Below, in pieces: positions 54,641 through 64,000 of a DNA stretch of 64,000 nt (its first letter is position 1; each line of letters opens with the position of its first letter). The notes beneath the pieces were generated by a model. That model had not been told where the DNA came from and did not search any database. It worked only from the letters and a program-made list of their open reading frames with translations. Location of the stretch: positions 60,450,001-60,514,000 of the forward strand of contig OX597831.1 of the NCBI GenBank assembly GCA_951406725.2, read 5' to 3'. This stretch comes from Octopus vulgaris (taxonomy: Eukaryota). The translations under genes were made by a program, and so were the position numbers.

Positions 54641-55396
54641 GTGGTGATATTTTTTTAATAATACATTTTCAGAACTAGAATTAATATCAATATTGATAAA
54701 CATTATTGTAAAGAAAAATCTTCTATGTTTGTTACTAAATTCAATTTAGTTCTTAGATTCTGGAGACTTATCCGAATTAAAAACAAATAAATAAATTCAG
54801 CGTGAAAAATAAAAATAGATGAAGGTGTAGACAAACTGTAGTCTAGTGCAAATAAAAGCAAATTTCAATTCATTGTGAAATATGTGTTAAACAGACACTG
54901 ACTCATTCAATTGAAGCCAACATTTGTTTTTCACGAGATCTTCCACACGAGAACAAATCTACCTTTAACATTTATATAATTTATGTTTTTCTACTCGCTG
55001 ATTATTATTGGTTTTTTTTCCTTCTAATTTTTTCTTTTTATCTTTTCTTATGTTTTTCCTTAACGTTTTCTATTGTTACTTTTAAAAAATCTGATAAAGA
55101 AATATTTTGCAATAATAAATAATAAATTTCTCATTTCGTTTTCTTATACAGCAAAGCTATTTTTACTTATTTTCTGATTTGCATAATTTGTCTTCATAAT
55201 TATTTAACCATGACATAACGGAAATAACACTAAGAACAATGAAAACTTCTCATTCAGACTAACTGTAGTCACCTAGAATAAGTGTTGAGTAAAATTTAAG
55301 ATTGGTCAAACAAAAGAGCAATATTTTTCATTCGAGTATGTTCAAACGAATTATTGAATATTTTACCCTCATAAAGTGAGCATATAATTGCGTTTC

Positions 55397-55481
55397 CATA
55401 AATTCATATGAAATGGTATATATATATATATATATATATACCATTTCATAAGAATTTGTATGCCCATTGTGTTAATATACG

Positions 55482-55513
<32 letters not shown>

Positions 55514-55558
55514 TATACCATTTCATAAGAATTTGTATGCCCATTGTGTTAATATACG

Positions 55559-55622
<64 letters not shown>

Positions 55623-55637
55623 CAAAATGGGCATACA
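55397..55637. repeat. 35-bp unit separated by (TA)n; two internal copies inverted relative to the partial outer copies
   Basis: Units at 55441-55475 and 55518-55552. Reverse-complement halves lie at about 55400-55416 and 55619-55637. Confidence 0.8.
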
Positions 55638-56346
55638 CATATATACGCATAAATACAATGCGCATACACATATACACGCATGAGTATTGTGTGTTAGTAG
55701 TAATTTTCCTGGACGCATGATGCTAGAGATAAAACATGAAGTATTCAAATAGCTAGGGATTCCTTGTTTTAGCTGTAATCTCCTCTTTAATCATGCACGA
55801 ACTTTGCGTTATTCTGAACAAATAAAGAGATTGAATTTCTCCACATTAGAACTGGAAAATCAATATGGGTACGAATCATATAATTAACGATATAAGTAAA
55901 CATAATTATGCGTTAGGGCAATAACGTATTTATGAAAATTCAGGTTACAGGTATCTGTAATATGTTCGACATAAGCTAGTGAAAGATAGGGTTTGAAAGA
56001 TATGTATGTATATATATATATATATATCCTTAAATCCTTAAATCCTTAAAAAAGTTTTAGCCCGAAGGCCGCGGCCATATATATATATAAGTTCAGCAAA
56101 ATTTAGATTCAGATGAATATGGTACTTAAGTTAAAGGCACCAGAATTTTGTATGGCATTATCCATATAAATCAAACGGGGTCATTATAATCAAAATAAGC
56201 AACAAGGATATCCAATGTAGTAAAATTGTTTCATGCAACTTCATTTTATAAAAAACTGTAAGTGTTACATCAGTTTTAAGCTTTCGAGCAATCTTCAGCC
56301 ACATATAGAATTTGTCAATTAAACGGAAAATGCATATTCTTATCCC

Positions 56347-56531
56347 TATTTCATTTCCCAACATTACAAAGACGGTAGATATATAGACAGAGAGGTTAGT
56401 TTCATCATTAAGGACATGATGGTAGTAGTCTGACAGACGGAGAATGAACATACTACCATCGTCTTCTTAATGATGAAATTAACCTCTCTGTCTATATATC
56501 TCTCCTCTTTGTAATGTTGGGAAATGAAATA
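56347..56531. repeat. Imperfect inverted repeat, arms about 81 bp, loop 23 bp
   Basis: 56347-56427 versus 56451-56531. Confidence 0.85.
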
Positions 56532-56797
56532 TTTTATTAAGAACTAAGTACGCAGCGTAAAGAATGGTTATAAGAAAAATCCAAGGAAACACACATGGAT
56601 ATAATGGTGTAAATAAAGAAATATAACCGCATGGGCTAGATATATAAAATATGATATATATATATATAATAATAATAAGAGTAAATAATTTCTATAATGG
56701 TTTTTAAAAAAGACCACAATTATTTACTGGTAGAATTCGGTATGTAAATATAGCCGATTAACGGTAGGAACTTCTGTAAAGTTCAGTATATATACTG

Positions 56798-56890
56798 TAT
56801 ATAAGAAAAAGGGACAGGTTGCTTGGCCGCATACCGAAAAAGTAGAAATAACGGCCAAGCAACCTGTTGCCTGTCCCTTTTTCTTATATA
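56798..56890. repeat. Inverted repeat with arms of about 32 bp
   Basis: tatataagaaaaagggacaggttgcttggccg ... cggccaagcaacctg(ttgcctg)tccctttttcttatata. Confidence 0.85.
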
Positions 56891-57075
56891 TATATATATA
56901 TATTTATATAACATAAGGGACTAAAGCCATCTGAATATGGCTAGGGACAGGGCAGGGTGGTGGGGGTGTTACTGTTGCATTTAGCCCAAGGCGAACATCG
57001 ACGTCACCAGAAAGGCTCGACACCGTCACGGTGTCCTTATCCTGCAAAGGGAGGTAATTCCCCGATGAAGCGGAA

Positions 57076-57127
57076 ACCACACACGGACCATGGTTTCAAG
57101 GTGTATTGCCTATCGTCGGCGTGTGGT
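57076..57127 (-). ncRNA. Minimal type-I hammerhead ribozyme motif, copy 1
   Basis: CACACG-CCGACGA-UAGG-CAAUACA-CCUU-GAAA-CCAUGG-UC^CGUGUG. Predicted GUC cleavage between 57086 and 57085. Confidence 0.75.
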
Positions 57128-57435
57128 AGGCTTCCGCTTCCTCGACGAACTCTCACTCTGCAGGATATTCATATATAGATTTTCAAGCAAAATACATTTG
57201 CTGATTTCGAAAATCTGTTCGAAAGCAATAATAATTCTCTAAAAGAGATATAGACAGTAACTGCTCGATAACATAAGGGACTAAAGCCATCTGAATATGG
57301 CTAGGGACAGGGCAGGGTGGTGGGGGTGTTACTGTTGCATTTAGCCCAAGGCGAACATCGACGTCACCAGAAAGGCTCGACACCGTCACGGTGTCCTTAT
57401 CCTGCAAAGGGAGGTAATTCCCCGATGAAGCGGAA

Positions 57436-57487
57436 ACCACACACGGACCATGGTTTCAAGGTGTATTGCCTATCGTCGGCGTGTGGT
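57436..57487 (-). ncRNA. Minimal type-I hammerhead ribozyme motif, copy 2
   Basis: Identical to copy 1, 360 nt upstream on the minus strand. Predicted cleavage between 57446 and 57445. Confidence 0.75.
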
Positions 57488-59333
57488 AGGCTTCCGCTTC
57501 CTCGACGAACTCTCACTCTGCAGGATCGGTGTCGAGCCTTTCTGGTGACGTCGATGTTCGCCTTGGGCTAAATGCAACAGTAACACCACCACCACCCTGC
57601 CCTGTCCCTAGCCATATTCAGATGGCTTTAGTCCCTTATGTTATCGAGCAGTTACTGTCTATATCTCTTTTAGAGAATTATTATATATATATATATATAT
57701 ATGTACTTGAAAACATAGGGAAAGACTGAAAATATTCAAAGGAGGATCATTCATGTGTATATATAGAGATAGTTATATATTAAAAGAGCAGATTTACTGT
57801 ATACAATGACAAGGAAATCTAAGTGCCCACGAACACATAGACATATGCAGACAAGAACTATCACACACCCTCACTCATCCACACTCGTATGTATGCGTCT
57901 GCATGAGGCCATGTACTTATCTACAGCAATTCATGCAAACACATGCACTCGCATGTATACATGCATACGTGTATATATATATATAAATATATATATATAA
58001 ATATATATATATATGTGTGTGTGTGTGTGAATCTATAAGTGTATATATGCATATATATGTGTATGTGTATGTATATATATATACATACTTGTATATATAT
58101 ATACATATTATAAATATATACGTATATATGCGTGTGTGTATACAAATACTCAAACACACACAGAGTTATATGTGTTTATGCATATATATATATGTATATA
58201 TATATATATACATATACAAATACACAATCACGCACACAAGCACAAACACACAAAGACACACACACACATATATATGCATATACCCTTGTTTGAGTTAGGA
58301 TGTACTATAGCTTCTCTGATCCAATTACACTCCTTCGGAACATTCTATAAACTATACGTGCCTTATCAACGAAGACTTTTCTATTAAGTTTTGGCTACTG
58401 TTCTGCGATACAATGCATTCCCTTGGATCAGTGCTGGGCACAGTTGGCCAGCCAAGAAGAACGTGCTATAGTTATATGTCCAATGCAATTCCTTAAACTT
58501 ACAACGTTCATCTCTGCACAGGGACTGTTAAATTATATTAGTAATCAGATAGCAAGTGGCTTGACTGTTTCTCGCTTACTTGTGTGGTTTGAAGTTAACT
58601 GTTTTTATACTTCATGTTCCGTATAATTATTAATGCATGGTTATGATATTTTTGAAGTACATTTCGTGCTGTTATTTGAGAAACATTGATATATTTTATA
58701 GTGAAATGCATTTGGGTCGTAAAATATAATTTTTCTGGTGCATGTGTGTTGGTTCTTGGTATTGGATCTTTTGTAAGCTTATAAATTCATTACTTGTTGC
58801 TTCCCGATTTAATGTTTTAAAATATTTGCATTCTGCTATAAATCACTCTTTTGTACATTCTAAAATCTATTAAGTGTATACTTCGTTTATAGAAATAAAA
58901 CGAGAGATCTAAAGAAACAAAGAACATATTCTGATAAGTAAGAAATCGCAGTCCTTGAAGACATTAACTGCTAATACAATTTGCAAATTAAGAAGCAAAG
59001 ATGAAAGAAAAGTCGCACCCCCCATGAACTTAACTGTTTTATTATACATAAAACCACAGCACTTCAACGTGGATTTATAGGGATCAATTTTATTGTTTAA
59101 TTTTATAAATGCGATATATGTGCAAAATATTCACACGAAGAGAAACAAAAGGACTAAGATTACGGCAAGGAAAAACAAATTAACATTTTAAACTTCAGAT
59201 TAGAGAAAGGACGCAATGTAGCATCAAACTTATATTACCAGGAATGGAATGTGAAGAACGTAAATCATATATAAGAGAAAATATTTTATAATTGGATTTT
59301 TAACATTAGTGCACACTCAAATTTAAGAAGCAT

Positions 59334-59475
59334 GCAGACGTAAAGTCGTAGCTGTGTAGTAAAAAACTTGCTTCCCAACCACATTATTTTGGGTTCAGTT
59401 AAACTACGTGGCATCTTGGGCGTGTATTTTCTACAAAATTTCGACCAGAGACTTGTAGGTTGACTGTGTAAACGG
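59334..59475 (+). mobile_element. SINE family A head, degraded
   Basis: gctgtgtagtaaaaaacttgcttcccaaccac...gggttcagtt...gtggcatcttgggc. Confidence 0.6.
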
Positions 59476-59846
59476 TTAATTATATCTATATTCGACTGCA
59501 GTTATCTAAATTCACACCTGAAATTTGGGAGATAAAATTAAACTCAATGTCTATTGTAAGGGGATTATAAAGCGTAAAAATATAATACAAATATAAAATT
59601 CGCTGAGTTTGCTCTCGGCTTGTAATTTAAAATATGTTTATGATATAAATCTGCTGGCACTGATAATACGCGCGCGCAAGCACACGCACACACGCACAAA
59701 CACACACACACATCAGAGTGTATATGCCAGTGCATAGGTAAATATATTACTCATTTACGTTTTTACTCATTTCATTCTACAATAACATTCTACAATAGTC
59801 TGAGTTTTACATTTAGTTTTTAGTTTTACATTTGTACTCTGATATG

Positions 59847-60208
59847 TCTCTATATATAAACGGTAAAATGTCTGTGTGTGTGTCCTTTATACAAATCCAC
59901 GACTTTTCAGTTAGAGGGCTCGCACATTCTATGGTCATTTAAAACCGTCCAAGGGTGGTCACGCACATCTCTACCTTTCCCCAGTCACCCTGCAAAGCCA
60001 TTAAAATATCAATAGAAATGTCTTTTTGTGAATTTTCTATCCAAAGCCTAATCAAAATGCCCGAAACTTTATACACCAATTGAATGCCAGCTAGCTGTAT
60101 GTGATTGGTCGGAGATTTGGACTGTACTCGCGTGTATGTGCGCGCGCACGCAGCTGTATATGCATGCTCTAGCACTATGACCCGGCAACGCCGGGTCATA
60201 GTGCTACT
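59847..60208 (+). mobile_element. Non-autonomous Helitron-like element
   Basis: 5' TC-TATATATAAA start. 3' hairpin tagcactatgacccgg-caacg-ccgggtcatagtgcta (60170-60206), ending CTAC (CTRR-like) before T. Confidence 0.65.
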
Positions 60209-60539
60209 TATAATATAACTATACTCATGCCTTCTGCAACTTTCAGGTTATATGCAGTAGCGCTATTTTGCGATTGATAACTATAGGGAAATGAATGAAT
60301 TTGTCCCTTAAATACTCTCCGATATGCTCTAGCTGGTTGCGTCGTACACGCTATATTATAGCCATTGAGTATACGTCTTATACGTCAAGGATTGGTGATA
60401 AAAACATCAGAATTGGCATTGACAGATCTTATTCACAGAAACCTTTTAATCAATCAGTCATCGGCTGTAAGCATATGTTGGAAAGCATCAGATGCTATAT
60501 AATCTATTCTCCTACAGAGGACGAATTTTTATATTACTC

Positions 60540-60672
60540 TTAAACGTTTCACCGAGGTCTACTTTGCCTTTCATCTTTTCCTGATCGATAAAATAATCTC
60601 TGAATACTGGGCTCGATTTAATCGACAAATCCTCCTTCCAGAAATTGGTTGTCTTGCGCCAAATTTGGAAAT
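60540..60672 (+). mobile_element. SINE family B fragment
   Basis: ccgaggtctactttgcctttcatc core. Confidence 0.65.
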
Positions 60673-60781
60673 CAATATTATCTTTAAATTTTCGTACAGT
60701 CTCTTTATGGTACAATTACGTTGAAATTGAAACAATATTGGTATTCTGACTACTACCATAAGTAGTAGTAGTAGTAATAGT

Positions 60782-60845
<64 letters not shown>

Positions 60846-60846
60846 T

Positions 60847-61400
60847 AAGACGTCATACAGTATCCAATATCGTGATGTGCTGATGAATATATTATGTCTA
60901 CCGGGGGGTTTGAATTGTCTATGAAGTCATAAGGACACTACACAGTACTTTATGCAATGGGTGTACAGTTCCAAGTAATGCCGATTTGTGAAATACATCG
61001 AGATTGGAGAGTACTCCTAAAATTTCCAGATGTTTTTTTCAGTTTGGATTGTACTGAATCCAATGCTCCGATGACAACAGAGGCAAACAACTAACGTGGC
61101 CGCCACATCTTACCGATCTGAATTCTCAGGTTTCCGCATTTATCAATCTTTTCTCTTTCTTTCAATATATATTGATCTCCTGGCACTGCCACATCGATTA
61201 TTGGGCACTCTTTTTTGTTCGTCATAAAGCTTACTATATTCGGACCTCCCGTCTGTATGCAAGTCAAAGCCTTAGAGGATTCTTGCCTCCTCCTTTTCGT
61301 CCATTATCTTTCCCGGTGTATGTCGGACCGATCCTCTGTCATCGTGTATCAATACTTCCAGCATAGTAGCCAGTGAAGGTTTTGGGCGACCTTATCGTGC
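60847..61400 (-). mobile_element. Older RLE non-LTR retrotransposon 3' fragment with a (CTA)n tail
   Basis: Minus-strand remnants IL*GFDLHTD, IIDVAVPGD, VIGALDSV and KSALLGT. The 3' end runs into the (TAG)n tract at 60761-60845. Confidence 0.7.
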
Positions 61401-61419
61401 CTGAGGTTGTAACCAACAA

Positions 61420-61830
61420 CATCGAAACCAAAAGTTAAAAAAACGGACGTCCAAATTGTAGAACATGCCCCAATCTGCAGGAATGTTCGTAATTCCACTC
61501 TAAACAAGTATAGAGATTCACAAATAACACCAAATTCACATGTGTACCTGAAAATTAAATTTATTTGATAACTTGTTCAGATTGTGGAGTGGACTACATA
61601 GGCCAAACACGGATGACACTTAAACGGAGAACTACACTTCATAAGTAACACATTCGTTTCCCAAGGTATAGAGTGATACCATTGAGTGAACACATACAGA
61701 GATGTGCAAGGAATATCCAACCAAATTTCACTGATTTCCCCATCTACCAGTGCAAGGAGACAAGAACGAATAAAGTAAAAATTATAAACCACGCATGTAT
61801 ATGGATGCACAATAATATTTTTGTCGTTTG
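61420..61830 (+). mobile_element. Penelope-like GIY-YIG fragment
   Basis: RPNCRTCP...FTC...IYLITCSDCGVDYIGQTRMTLKRR...LSEHIQRC, interrupted by stops. Confidence 0.8.
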
Positions 61831-63117
61831 TATACATTTTAATTTATGAAATGATGTCCAGAACTGTACATATTTAATTTCACTATTTAACGCATAATAT
61901 TATAACATTGTAATATGAATAGTACATATTTACCATTCGCCAAAATTGTACTCCACAAAAAGTGAAATTACATCCCCTGTCTCGTATAATAGGGATCAAC
62001 AATAATCTCCCCTTAAATTGTTTCCTACGTGTTGCTTCATTTACAAACAATCATTTATACACGCAACTTCAGAAAATATATGAAATAACAATATTTTCAC
62101 CAATTTCAAGGACACGATTTGCGAAACTGGTAGAATCTCATAATATACTATCCTTTAAAATGTATTGAAAATACATAAATTGTGTGCATTCTTCTTACGT
62201 CATTATATACTTTTTCACTGCAACTCACCACGTGGGTAAAACTCTTCAACGAAATTCTTTTTCATATATATATATATATATATATATATCATCAGTATTT
62301 GTGTGTATTATAACTATTGCCTGCTTACTATAAACGATTTATTGACTAGTTAAATTAATACATGCGCCTACGTGTAATATTTTTCCTTCCTTTCACTTCA
62401 CGATGACAGTAGAATTGATTGAAATCATGACGATTCGCTCCCGTGCTTCGGATACGAAGTGTATAAAAATTGACATAGTGTGTCTTTCAATCTGTATGAT
62501 TGTATGTATGTGTGTATGCATGTATGTATACACTTACGACGATATGTTTTTGTGTACCATTATATGAATCACAATTCATAATGGGAATATTTGTGAATAA
62601 GGATGTAAGAGAGTAAAACAACTTAAAACAGAATAATTTACGCAGCCATTCGCTGAACAATATCAAACAATAGATTCTGTTTAGTGAAGCACTCTATCAC
62701 ATGGATATTTTTTCATGTTGTATGATTGCGGTTTATGAGGAAGAAATACAATAGTTGTATAAGAACATGTGTTGGTTATGCAGCTATAGTTTATCATGTT
62801 TTCCTGTGGAGTGATGGGTAGAAGTTCAATATACGAGAAAACAGTTACTTTACTAATGTTATTGTGATGTCGGAAAACAGAACCTATGAAAAAATCGTGA
62901 AAAACCATTATTAATGCTGTTGTCAAGCGCTGCATCATGCGAGATTCGTTTTCTAAAACAATCGCTTCAATTATTTACGACCATGGAGAGTTGTCATACA
63001 AGACTTTTCAATGTAAATTATCATGATATTAAAAATAAAATAATAACATTATTGACGATGGAGGCGGTGTTGCTGTTGCCGTTGCTAACGACGACGACGG
63101 TGATGACTAAGACGTTA

Positions 63118-63130
63118 ATGATGATAATGG

Positions 63131-63203
<73 letters not shown>
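63118..63203. repeat. (GAT)n microsatellite
   Basis: Directly visible. Confidence 0.95.
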
Positions 63204-63204
<1 letters not shown>

Positions 63205-64000
63205 GTTATGTTGTTGGTATTGAAGGTAACGCTGGAGGTCATAGTGTCCATATGAATAAATAGATTATCACAGCGACTGCTGCTGCAAACTCTAGAATAT
63301 GAAATGTAAAAAAAAAAACGGAACAAAATTAAAACCACCAAAAACAATGACCAGTAAAATATTAATAGAAAACGGAGTCAAAGATATTTTGTGAGTGATT
63401 TTCATTGCAATATTGGCTTAAATTATAACAACTGATGTTGACACTGGTCATCGAATAGAGATGTTATATATTCAGGCGTTTATTTTAGTGTCTGTTGGTA
63501 AATTACTAAACTTGAAAGTAATTAGAAATTAATTTTTGAGTGAGAAAGTTCTGAGTTATTAGGACACTTTTCAAGCGGATGTTTTACATTTAATCAAACT
63601 CAAACATCAAATGTCTACTTTAGCCGATACAAAAGCAAAGTATAAATTTTCGGCACTATTCTGTTAGTATTATTTTTGACACAGTTGCATTATTATCAGA
63701 ATGGAAATCTTCACGTTTCTAACCATGAGATACGAATTGAAAGTATTGTCCATGTGCTTATTGTATTTAAATAGCTTTGCTATCTATATAGATGTGCACC
63801 AATAATATAATCTCGAGGCAAAGTCAATGTAACACGGTACATGAAGAAGCTGGCTATTTAAATAAAAAATTCTTCCTACGTATGTCCACGCAGATTCCCT
63901 CTGCCCGAATGTGACTCATAAGCATTTTATTGCCCCCCCCCTTATAGTAAATTGTTTCGTTTCGACAGAGTTAGCTCGTATACGTGGCTTCGAGCAAAAA

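Larger units (their letters stand above)
56908..57682 (-). mobile_element. Retrozyme-like / non-autonomous PLE-type element: 360-bp unit x about 1.7, plus an inverted 5' segment
   Basis: Identical direct repeats 56908-57166 and 57268-57526 (offset 360). 57527-57682 is the reverse complement of 57230-57385. (TA)n on both flanks, and a hammerhead motif in each repeat. Confidence 0.8.

Noticed and set aside
56260-56310. Minus-strand CTGAAGA...GAAA hammerhead-like motif
   Set aside because: Stems I and II do not form convincingly; at most a decayed pLTR remnant.
56957-57729. Duplicated 66-85 aa ORFs in the 360-bp element
   Set aside because: No recognisable domain and mostly non-ATG starts. The sequence is better explained by RNA structure.

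Overview
AT-rich, microsatellite-dense eukaryotic DNA (intergenic or intronic). I can support no host protein-coding exon, rRNA, functional tRNA or CRISPR array. The repeat families resemble those I recall from Octopus (cephalopod) genomes, which is an inference. The window holds a near-complete but dead mariner, several tRNA-derived SINE families, many Penelope-like element (PLE) fragments, restriction-like-endonuclease non-LTR retrotransposons (R4/Dong-like) piled into trinucleotide microsatellites, RTE and L1/Tx1 fragments, and a Helitron-like element. The most interesting feature is at 56908-57682: a non-coding element with a 360-bp repeat unit carrying two identical minimal type-I hammerhead ribozyme motifs exactly 360 nt apart on the minus strand. 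The monomer is highly self-complementary and the 5' end is inverted in PLE fashion, so it is a candidate retrozyme producing a small circular RNA. Further hammerhead motifs or remnants occur in other PLE-related repeats (7.6, 25.9, 33.4, 35.4 and 38.7 kb). Boundaries of old, degraded repeats are approximate.
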